The position numbers and the translations under genes are program-made. The notes beneath the pieces were generated by a model. It searched no databases. It was not told the DNA's origin and worked only from the letters and a program-made list of their open reading frames with translations. From the NCBI RefSeq assembly GCF_009914755.1, contig NC_060928.1: a DNA stretch of 64,000 nt. The stretch is one strand, 5' to 3'. The DNA comes from the human T2T-CHM13v2.0 reference genome, Homo sapiens. Shown piece by piece: positions 49,341-64,000 of this stretch. How positions within the stretch are numbered: the stretch's first letter is position 1; every line of letters begins with the position of its first letter.

Positions 49341-50584
49341 GTAAAAAAAGTTAGACCGCATGAGCTGTAATAACCCTTTTTGGACCAATATGCTGTGACT
49401 CTGTGGCTTTAAGGATGAGATGCCAATATGCATTCTTGTCCCAGTAGAGAGCCAGCCCAGTTTGGCCTGGGTGTGAGAAGCAAAGCTATCAAAAGCTTTG
49501 GCCAATTTTTTCCCCCAAAAGGAATTCCAAATATATCCAAGCTTCTATGTTAGTGACTGATTGAAACCAAAGCTTTATACCATATGACATAGAATCCTGG
49601 AATAGATAACTTTAGGCTGAAGAAAAAAGAAAAGTTAAGGCAGGTGTGAGCAGCTGTCCAGTTCTGCCATAAAAGAAATCAAGTTTAACTTCAGCGATAA
49701 CATGCCTTCTTTTAAGCACTCGAGTTTTGTTAGGTTCTCTCCAGTTGGCTGAAAATTACACCCTAAATATTCTTCTAAAAGTAGATAACTTAGTGCACTT
49801 TTATTTAATATTACAGTACTTATAAAGGTTTCTATTAATGGGTCTCCTCCTTCGAGAAGAGAATCGTAAATGAAATACATAAAGATTAATAGCCTTTATT
49901 TATTTCTTAAACCAGCTGGTCTTCCTCTAAGAAAGTAGATATGCTAAAGTAAATAATCCTTCATTTTAAAAAATAGAAAGCATTCCCCTTGAATGCTGTT
50001 TACTGGCTGTGAGCAAATAGGTATTCACTTAGAAGGCTTTGCTCTCTGTTTATTACCCATATTTCTATAATACCTGCTTCAGAAGTGTTGCAGAAAGACA
50101 AAATTAATGTGCATGGAAAAAAAGCAGAGAAAATGAGTGTTAATCTTTGTGGAACAATCCAGAGTCCAGAGAAACAGGCGAGTAGGGGGAGAAGCCACTT
50201 GTTGGAATGACTAGTATATTAAGATTCTCTTCTGGGTTATGGGTTAACATCTGCATCATTGAGGTCTATTCACAACAGGATATTGTTCAGTATAACTTTT
50301 TGCATCCAACAGAAATACAAATATTAATTTTCATGGCATAGAGAAAACTTCAAAATTTGGGAAAGTACTGAAGGATGTTTATCACAAAGTTGTCATTTAG
50401 AGTCCAAGAACAGTCTTAACAATTGTACAAGCTTCAGAGCAAGGGCAGAAAATCAAGACATCAAATTGTCATGTGGGAAATCTATTCTGGGGAGTTGTAG
50501 AATAAATACTCACTAATAAGAAAAGGTGGGGAAGGTCCTTCTAAGCAAAGGAAATGAGTGACAAGACAAGCAGGTATGAATGAC

Positions 50585-52000
<1,416 letters not shown>

Positions 52001-52267
52001 TAGGGTAGATAGCATATTTGGATCTGTATACTATGGACACTTGGATATAGCTGGAGCACAAGGTACAGGGAGGGGAGTGAGAATGGGAGAGTAGGCTGGA
52101 AAGGTAAGCAGAAGCCACACTCTGAAGGGGCTCTTAGGCCAGTTGGGGTCCTTCTACCGCATAACCCAGGTTCCTCCTCAGGCCCAAGTAGGCTCTTAGC
52201 ATTCCCTTTTCTTCCTCAGCTGCAGGCCTCAGGGCTTTGCTAGGTTTCCCCCCTTTACTAGGTGTTA

Positions 52268-53383
<1,116 letters not shown>

Positions 53384-53394
53384 GGAAGTTTTAA

Positions 53395-53975
<581 letters not shown>

Positions 53976-54231
53976 ACCCCTGGAGGGTATTACTCTGTTC
54001 ACCAGGCTTTGCCCTTCTTAGGAATGATCCCTTCTGGACATTTCCTCTGGATTAATGGGTTTTGGGCTTTGGGACAAAGAGCCGTAAATCACTGAAAACA
54101 TTTCAGCAGGGAAATGACAAGACATTACATTTTTCTCCCCTCCACTAGGCTTACATTTCCTCCAATGAGAATGACTTTGTGGAATGAAATGACAAGTATA
54201 TGGCCGTTGTCCAGGAAGAAAGGGTGCATCA

Positions 54232-54284
54232 GTGTGTGTGTGTGTGTGTGTGTGTGGGTGTGTGTGTGTGCATGGGTGTGTGTG
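54232..54284. repeat. (GT)n microsatellite
   Basis: Interrupted GT run. Confidence 0.95.
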
Positions 54285-54412
54285 GGTCTTCCACACATGC
54301 ACATACGTGTGAGGGAGAAAGATGCTTCTTCCCTTCCATTCACGGCATGAATTGTTTTATCTCATTGTAAGTAGTTAATGCTAGTAGTTGTTGCAGTAGT
54401 AGTAGTAGTGGA

Positions 54413-54491
54413 CATATTAGTGCCCAACTCTCTGCTTCTTAAAAAAGTAGCAGTCTGCTTTTTAGGAAGCAGAAAGTTGGGCACTAATGTG
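54413..54491 (+). other. 79-nt near-perfect inverted repeat / pre-miRNA-like hairpin
   Basis: CATATTAGTGCCCAACTCTCTGCTTCTTAAAAAAGTAG-CAGT-CTGCTTTTTAGGAAGCAGAAAGTTGGGCACTAATGTG: 37 stem positions with 1 mismatch, 3 G.U pairs and 1 bulge. Confidence 0.85.
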
Positions 54492-55333
54492 ATGGAGTGT
54501 AGGATCAAAACCCTGATGAGATGTGACTGGAAGGAAGATACTAATGGCAGTAGAAGAGAGGAAAGAATGGGTAGAGATTTCAAAGGCACACTCTACCCAA
54601 CTGTACCCAATTCTCAGAATTGGTCCTGTAAAGGCAGCAGGTTTTCTGGAGGTCACCTCCTTCCCCATAGCCCTGTGGCATCAGGACATCAAGCTCAAGG
54701 CTGATTTGGGACTTGGATGAGGGCCGTTAATTGTGGATCTTCAGCCACTCAGTGTGGGCTGGTCCAATAATCATATGATTCAAGGATGTTTAGGGATTTC
54801 CTGCCTCTACAATCTGAGCCCCTCTGCTGAATCCACTCTCAGATTTTGATGCTGTAGTTAACCCCTGGGGTGAAATTAGAGGAAGGATATAATTGTATAA
54901 CCACAGTAAATCACTTCACTCCTGCAATGCTCATTTGATATCAGTAATGGAGAAAACAGATTCCTCCCATTTAGAACTACTATAAGAGCACCTGAATTAA
55001 TGAGCCCAAATGAGTTCATAAATGTGAATGGAGAGAAAGCACTTCCTCTACCTCCACTGAATGTCTTTCCTTTGGGCCTGTCTTAAGTGGAGTTTAGAGG
55101 GACTATTGGATTCCTTGAACTGGCAATTTCTGTAATTACCAGTAGTTGCTGAGCTTCCTGATGTAATTTCTTCTGTAGAACAGAAAAGTTCCTAATATTT
55201 GGCACAGCAATCTCCCGCTATAATTACAGGAACACAAGGCTGTTAGTCACATCCCTACCTACCCCACCTCTAACAATGCTCTTTTTTTCTTTTTTTAGCA
55301 TTAGGTAGCTGGGAGAAGACTTGAGCTTAAAAC

Positions 55334-55382
55334 TCTGCTGTTGAATGTAGCTGCTGAGCATAAAGCTACATTCAACAGCAGA
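55334..55382. other. Perfect 19-bp inverted repeat with 11-nt spacer
   Basis: TCTGCTGTTGAATGTAGCT-GCTGAGCATAA-AGCTACATTCAACAGCAGA. Confidence 0.95.
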
Positions 55383-55999
55383 ATGTGGCTTTATGGACGG
55401 TGGATGGTGTCCTTAAGTTAGGGTGATATTAATCAGGTTCAATGTCAATCAAATGGTTTAGCAAAGAAGGACAATACTTAGGGCATTTATTTAATGATTT
55501 ATTCGCCGCTCTATTTCATACAAGTTTTAAGGAGGTTGGCATATATGACTATTAAATATCTTATTCTTTACTTTGATGAATAACAAATAGTTTTATTTTA
55601 ATAAGTTCCATTCATGTTTATATTCTATTTTTGACCAAGTAGAATAGTTTTCTTTGTACCTAATATACGCTACATACTTGTCATTGGTTACCTACCACAC
55701 CCTCTCTGAAGAGCAAGGTCAACAATAAAAGAGCTTAATTCAGAGGCCATAATTCATTCTGTATTCTGTTAATAAGCAACATCCATTTAAAATAGCAATT
55801 GCGCTTTCAAGGTCCTGGTATTATTCAGGCAAAGACTCAAAATGATCACTTTCTTGGCATACATAGAAGCCCAAATGTTAAGATGTGTTCTGTGGGCAAC
55901 TCTCTGCTTGTTTTCTTTCCTAGACAAGTGGTTAACCCGTGTTGCATATCCTGTGTTTATAGAATTCCAGAAAGGTCGTGTCATGTAAATCACTTGTGG

Positions 56000-56306
<307 letters not shown>

Positions 56307-56320
56307 TTAAAAAATCACTT

Positions 56321-56383
56321 TGTGTGTGTGTGTGTGTGTGTGTACGAGAGAAAGAGAGAGAGAGAGAGAGAGACAGAGAGAGA
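56321..56383. repeat. Compound (TG)n(GA)n microsatellite
   Basis: (TG)11 followed by about 17 GA units. Confidence 0.95.
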
Positions 56384-58657
56384 CGGTGTATGGGGGGGAT
56401 GTATAGGGAGAATGTAAACAGAAACATCTTGAGGAGAAATCCAGCAGTGACTGAGAATGTCGATGGAAGATGCTGGCCTTCGCTTCCACGTGTTATTGTG
56501 TTTCTGTGTTCATTACCTGTTACCTTTTTTATAAGTAGCAGAGGGTAAAATAATATGTCCAAGTGGCGACTGGCTAAAGAGACAGAGCATAAAACAGCTG
56601 GTCAGACACCCTGGTTTAGTCTATCATTTATAAAGTTGAAAAACTTGAAGTTGAAACCAGATGCAAGAAAATTATAATTTATCAAAGAAAAAAAGAAAGA
56701 AAAAGAAAAAAGAAAATTTTTATCTATTTTTAAAAAACAATTCATTTTGTCCTAAAATCTCTGCCAGTTGTTTAATGAGCAGCAGCTTCTAAAATAAACA
56801 AAGAATATGAGAAAAAAACAAAAAACAAAAAAAAACCACCACCCAGAATTGATTAGTAGGAAAAAGTCCCAGGAGAGCTTTCTAATGTTGCCTTAATTTT
56901 TTTTTAAATGCTATTATACTGTTCATCTCCATTAACTTTTCTTTTTTGGAAGGGAGGTACTATTTTAAAATTCAGGGTTTTGTCTCTAATTTTAAAATGA
57001 CAATTAGCACAATCACTGATACAAATGTTTCTTCTGATTTCCATGAAACGGATTAATGTTTTAATTCACCTGAACCACCAACTGAATGCCGTAGGCCATT
57101 TTGAAAACATTCACTAATCCTTGAAAATAGCATGCTTTCCCTCATATTTTTTTTCAAACACTAATCCTTGGGAAAAAAAAATACCTTCTCTCATTTTCTA
57201 TTCAATGTTTGCTATTGTTGTAACCTAAGTAGGACCTCTTTGAACAAATGCAAAATTAAGTTTAACTCACAATTGAGTCTCACATCCTGTGGTCTTGGAA
57301 TTTTAAAATTTCATTCAAAACACACATTATAAACAAAGTCTCCCAAATGACCATCTAGAGAGGAATGTGGCAAAAATCCAGAAACTATTGTAATATTTGG
57401 AACTAGCATAGCACAAATAATCAGTGTGTTTTTTTGAAGAGGAGATTATGGGTTGCAGTTTTACAAACTCCACGGGGGATCTGCACGAGATGGGCAAAGT
57501 TAAATTAGTTGTGTGCCTCCCAGAGAACCTAAACTCTTTACAGTAAGTGAAGAGGAAGAAGTATTAAAAGGATCTTTTTAAAACCTAGTATTTGTTCATT
57601 ATAACCATAATTGGAGCAAACATTCTGGCTTACAAATTCCTATAAACTCAAGATCAAAGCAGTGTGCTTGACAAGCCTGTTCTTTAGCACATTAGTTTGG
57701 TATTATTAACAGTGGAGACTGATTCAGGGCGGGTTGTTGGGGGGATGTGGAAAGGACAAAGGCCAACGCCAAAACTTATGTCATCAAGCCAGGAAAATCC
57801 AAATTTTAGAGGCAGGAAGACCAGAGGAGTTATCAACGTACAAAATAATATTCTGAAAAAGTGCTTTTGAATGAAGAAGTAAACCTGTGAAATCAATTTA
57901 AGAACTAAAACTAACCATTGAAGGCACATTTAAAATTTACGCTTCAAAGAAAAAAGGTAGGTCAGAGAAAGCTGAATTCGTACCTCCGAAAATGCACGCT
58001 TTCCTGGGGCAGCAACTTGTTTCTCTCCGATTCCAAAAGAATGAAATAAAAGAACTCCAAAAAAGGAATGTAGCAAGGACATACTTTCTACCTCAAAAAA
58101 ATAAAGGAGTTGGGGTCAGGGCAGAGCCAACTAAGAAGATGGAAACCAATCACATTTCAAAATGATTCTTACTTTCTTAGGAAAGTTTAATATGATGATA
58201 TCCTATGCGTTTCTCATTTTATCCCTCAGTTAATTTTAATGGTTTACAAATTCATCAACTTTTCTAAATCTGTTTAGAAGAACACCCCTATCTAGAAGAT
58301 TCACCCAAATTTCATGCTTATTTTTAATATCAGTATTAACACATCATGTAGATCTGTAGCCACTGATATGGTAGCTAATATTTTTCTGCCCTTAAGTAAT
58401 TGAGTATAAGTAGATTTCACCACCTCTGTAATGTTTCAGTTTCAGTTTTCATACACCATTCTGAGAAATTTTGTGAACTAATATAGCATTTTAGGCTGTT
58501 TTCCTCTTAATCATCATAAAAATGCCTCATGTGGGAGAAACAAAGGAAAAAGATTTTCGGCATATAAATTGTATTAAGTTTATAATACACAAATAGGAAT
58601 TGCTTTATCCTGGCAAATAACGAGCAGATTTTAAGAAAAGATAGTTAAGACTGTGTG

Positions 58658-58967
<310 letters not shown>

Positions 58968-59079
58968 CAGTTGTTGTTTTCAACACAAACCTCTTAATGA
59001 AGAAGCAAGGTTTTTGGAGGAGTGGAAATGGCATGAAATTGTTGGTTAACAGATATAAATTAAAAGATTCTTGACTTGG

Positions 59080-59270
59080 AAGCAGAAAGATGGCATCGCA
59101 CCTTATCTGCCCACTTCTGACCAGAGTGTCCTTGGCCAAATCACTTGAATTTTGGGAGCCTTGTTTCTTCCTGCTTTAAAATAGGGATAAAAACATCCAC
59201 CTTGCAGAGCTGGAGGTGTGTGTATGGGCAGGGGTGGGGGTGGGTGGTCTTGATGATAAATGTTAATAGT
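59080..59270 (+). mobile_element. MIR SINE
   Basis: TCTGCCCACTT...CCTTGGCCAAATCACTTGAAT...GCCTTGTTTCTTCCTGCTTTAAAATAGGGATAA. Confidence 0.7.
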
Positions 59271-59579
59271 TGGCAGGAGGCTTTGCCCTTTTATAACTGG
59301 CATTCAGAATTTGAATGCTCATCACTTTTCTTTTCCAATCTAGACTTTAACTAAAGGAAGGAAGAAATATCCAAGTCTATACTCCTGAAAGACCTTCGTA
59401 TCTACATAGTGCTAGAGCCTAAACGGCAAACTTAAAATTGTAAATGTTGTTGTATTGTTTGAAACCTTCCTTCATGAAATGCAGACTTAAAGCAGCTTAA
59501 GAAGGTGGAATGTACTACTAAGCAAAAGGAATTTACTATTCAGAGGGCGGCTGACCTGAATAGAAGTCCGCCTCCCTCC

Positions 59580-59800
59580 CTCTCTAGCACTGATCACTCC
59601 TGTTTAATTTTCTGGCATAACCTTTATCATTATTTAAAATGTCTGACTTGTTTACTCTTTCATTATCTGTGTCTCTATACTCGAATACTTGAATGCAAGT
59701 CCCCTAAGGGCCTTGACCTGTCTCTCCAGTGCTTAGTAACAGCCCCTGGCTCATAGAGGGTGTTCAGGAAATTCTTCTTTTTGAATCAACGGATGACAGA
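59580..59800 (+). mobile_element. L2 3' fragment
   Basis: CTTGAATGCAAGTCCCCTAAGGG...CTCCAGTGCTTAGTAACAGCCCCTGGCTCATAG. Confidence 0.6.
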
Positions 59801-60054
59801 TGAAGATTTAATAAGATGAAAGTGGGATAGGATAAATAAAGCCATTAGAGCTTGAGTCATATAAGTATTAAATATTTGATAGAGTAGAGGCTTTAAAGAA
59901 ACAAATGAACTACCTAATGGCAAATTTAGAAGATTACACTGACACACTGTTCATCTGACCTGTGGTTCTAGACAGAATTCTTCACAGTTAATTTCTTAAG
60001 AAAGTTACAGATGAACACCCTAAAACATCCAAACAGGGAGGGGACTGCTGATCC

Positions 60055-60235
60055 AATGACTACTTTGTGCCAGGCATTTTGCAATGTATGTTACATGTGT
60101 TACTTATTATTAACTACAAATGGATGAGGTGAGTATTTTTATCCTCGGTTTGCAAATGATCCCAGAAGTTAAGGAACATACCCAAGGATTCCCAGTTGTT
60201 ATGAACTAAGATCTGACCCATCCTCCTGCACCACG
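60055..60235 (-). mobile_element. MIR SINE
   Basis: TACTTTGTGCCAGGCATT...TTATCCTCGGTTTGCAAATGA...GTTAAGGAACATACCCAAGG. Confidence 0.65.
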
Positions 60236-60293
60236 TGGCCTCTGTTTAAATTCCTTTAATAACTGTTCTGGGTCCAAATAAAAAAACAGGGAT

Positions 60294-60690
<397 letters not shown>

Positions 60691-60737
60691 TCACATTTTT
60701 AGAGGCAATTTGGGCTAATCCCTGGAAGTAGGCATGA

Positions 60738-61085
<348 letters not shown>

Positions 61086-61579
61086 TAAAAATAAGTATAA
61101 AAGGACAAAATTTGCACAGATTGTTAGAAGAGTATAACAACAAGGAGAAAGTCTGATGACACACTTCCTGATGGAACCTTAGCCATTGGAGCTGTCAAGG
61201 AGTTACCTCAATCATGGGTCCCAGCACAAGGCTAAGTCAGAAGAGGAACTTCTCTGAATTGTAGGGTATCTTCAGCTCCATTAAGATAGAGCCTTAAATT
61301 GGCTGAACTTTAGAGCTGGAAGGAACCTTTAAGGTGTTCTTTTCTATTTCTTCATACTTTCTTCTACATTTGAAAACAAGGAATTTCTATTTCCAACTCC
61401 ATTCTTTCCCCTCTCCCCAGTCCCGTTTCTCCAGCTCTCTGGAATGGCCTACAAGTAATGTACTAGATCTTAGGTCCTCCAGGTAACATCAGCATGCTTA
61501 TTACCCTTCAAGTCTCCCCAGCGTTGGGGTCCTAATTCACAATGGTAATAAGGGAGGAAGTGACCCAGCAGGCCTAGCA

Positions 61580-61800
61580 TAGGGCTGGTTATAGAGAAAT
61601 GTCAGAGGAGTATCCAGCATTCGCATTCTAGCAATGTCTGTAACTGTGAGTATGAGCTAGGGAAAGTTTCTTCATTTTTCTGGGCCACAGCTTCCTTAGC
61701 TATAAAAAGGGAAGTAGAAGTCCTGTTCAGGGGTGTGGAAGGATCAAATGAGATCATCTCCATTTGAAGTCTCTTGGACTAAGTTGGCGCTCAATGATTC
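61580..61800 (+). mobile_element. MIR SINE
   Basis: TAACTGTGAG...CTAGGGAAAGTT...TCTGGGCCACAGCTTCCTTAGCTATAAAAAGGG...AGGATCAAATGAGAT. Confidence 0.6.
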
Positions 61801-61881
61801 CAGCTATTATTTTTATCTTAAACTAAGATCATTCTACATCTGAAAGGCTGAGGAATCTTATCCTTGTCAGAAACATAATCT

Positions 61882-62167
61882 GGCTGGGCGCAGTGGCCTA
61901 CATCTGTAATCCCAGCACTTTGAGGGACCGAGGTAGGCAGATCACTTGAGGCCAGGGGTTTGAGACCAGACTGGCCAACATAGTCATACCCCGTCTCTAC
62001 TAACAATACAAAAGTTTGCTGGGCATGGTAACGCATGCCTGTAGTCTCAGCTACTCAGGAGGCTGAGGAAATAGAAACGCTTGAATCTGGGAGGTGGAGG
62101 CTGCAGTGAGCTGAGATCACACCACTGCACTCCAGCCTGGGTGACAGACTGCAACCCTGTCAAAAAA

Positions 62168-62199
<32 letters not shown>

Positions 62200-62200
62200 A
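61882..62200 (+). mobile_element. Alu SINE (AluS) with (TAAA)n tail
   Basis: Dimeric Alu. Confidence 0.94.
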
Positions 62201-62209
62201 AATGAATAA

Positions 62210-62300
62210 ATATATATATATATAATCCATATGAAATATATATGTAATCCATATGAAATATATATATATATATAATCTTTATGAAATATATATAATAATC
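62210..62300. repeat. AT-rich tandem repeat (TAATCCATATGAAATATATA)n
   Basis: About 3 degenerate copies with variable (TA)n. Confidence 0.8.
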
Positions 62301-62303
62301 TCA

Positions 62304-62455
62304 GAGCCGAGTGCAGTGGCCTACATCTGTAATCCCAGGAGTCTGAGGCCAGAGGATTTCTTGAGCCCAGGAGTTCAAGGCTACAGTGAGCTGTGATTGT
62401 GCCACTGCACTCCAGTCTGAAAAAAAAAAAAAAAGAAAGAAAAAAAAGAATATAA
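62304..62455 (+). mobile_element. Alu monomer (FRAM/FLAM-like, deleted)
   Basis: GCAGTGGCCTACATCTGTAATCCCAG...GGAGTTCAAGGCTACAGTGAGC...CTCCAGTCTG plus A tail. Confidence 0.8.
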
Positions 62456-62576
62456 AGAAATATAATCTTGAACTTACTATGAAGCTAGAAGGTAAGTCAA
62501 CTAGCAAAGAAATGATTATTTGCTTATTTTCTATAGAGTTTATTTTATCATTTAGTTGCCCCCACTTGAACATTTA

Positions 62577-62760
<184 letters not shown>

Positions 62761-62844
62761 TTTTTTAAATACTATATAAAAAGCAAAGCATGTAATTGAA
62801 TAAAGTTAAATTAATTTTTTCTGCTCTCTCTCCTGTCTTTGCTT

Positions 62845-64000
62845 AACAGTTTCATTGAGATGCACTTCACATACCATATAATTCACTCACCTAAAGTGCA
62901 AATTCAGTGGTTTATAGTATATTCAGAGTTGTGCAGCCACCAACACAATCAACTTTGAAGACTTTTATCACTCCAAATGAAGTCCTATATCCTTTCACAG
63001 TTATCCCCACATACACACTGCCGGGCCCTAGACAGCCATTAATCTGCTGTCTCTATAGATTTGCCTTTTCTGGACATTCTAGAATCCCACAAGATCTTTC
63101 ATGATTTGCTGCTTTCATTTAGCACGTTTTCAAGGTCCATCCATGTTGTAGTGTGTTTCATACTTTATGTCTTTTTATAAACTAATAGTATTCTATTTTC
63201 TAGATATATCACATTTTATATCTTCATCAGTTGATGGACATTTGCATTGCTTCCACTTTGGGGCTTCCATGAATAATGGTGCCATGAACATTTATGTTTC
63301 TGTATGGACGTGTTTTCGGTTCTCTTAAGTTTACACCTAAGAGTAGAATTGTTGGGTCATAGAGTAACTCTATCGTTACCCTTTGAAGAACTGTTAGGTT
63401 GCTTTTTAAAATGGTTACATCATTTTACCTTCTCACCATCAATGTATGAGGGTTTCAATTTTCCACAACCTTGTCAACATTTGTCATTATCTGTCTTTTG
63501 GCTTATTGCCACACTAGCAGGTGAGAAATGGTATCTCATTGTGGTTTTGATTTGCTTTTTCCATGATGGCTAATGATACTGAATATTTTTTCATGTGATC
63601 AATGGTCATTTGCACATCTTTGGAGAAATATGTATTCAGATCTTTTGCCCATTTTTAATTGAACGATTTGTCTTTTTATTATTCAGTTTTAAGAATTCTT
63701 TATATATTCTCGATACTAGACCCATTTCACATATATTTGATCTACAAATATTTTCTCCCATTCTGTATTTTTTTTTTTTTTACTTTCTTGATAGTGTCCT
63801 TTGAAGCACAAAAGTTTTAAATTTTGATGAAGTCCAATTTATCTATTTTTTTAATTTGTTGCTTGGGTTTTTGTGTCATATCTAAGAAATCATTGCTAAT
63901 CCAAGATTATGAAGATTTACCCCTATACTGTCTTCTATGAGTTTTATAGCTTTGGTTTTTAGATTTAGGGCTATGATCTAAGGTAATTTTTTAATATGTT
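62845..64000 (-). mobile_element. L1MB-like 3' UTR and ORF2 end, continuing beyond the window
   Basis: CACATACCATATAATTCAC...AAAGTGCAAATTCAGTGG; TGGTATCTCATTGTGGTTTTGATTTGC; TTTGAAGCACAAAAGTTTTAAATTTTGATGAAGTCC. Confidence 0.92.

Overview
This is primate (human-like) non-coding genomic DNA, either intronic or intergenic. I find no protein-coding gene, RNA gene or CRISPR array. The ORF-track entries are read-throughs of Alus and other repeats, simple-repeat artefacts, or short unsupported ORFs. About 66 Alu/FLAM copies (roughly 30% of the window) overlie older repeats: L1M/L1PB and L2 LINEs, MIRs, MaLR LTRs (MST/MLT1/THE1), three co-oriented MER34/MER39-type solo LTRs, and DNA-transposon fossils (Charlie1a, a near full-length but dead HSMAR2 mariner, MER44A, half a MADE1). 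The most notable non-routine signals are: a 79-nt pre-miRNA-like hairpin (54413-54491); a perfect 19-bp inverted repeat (55334-55382) about 0.85 kb away; a ~960-bp alternating purine-pyrimidine VNTR; an L1-retrocopied, polyadenylated LTR-transcript fragment; a probable chimeric Alu marking an Alu-Alu deletion; a young AluYa-type insertion; and a CpG-retaining candidate regulatory element near 32.4-32.95 kb. Repeat family and subfamily names come from remembered consensus sequences, not from a database search. Boundaries are approximate (about +/-10-20 bp unless TSD-defined).
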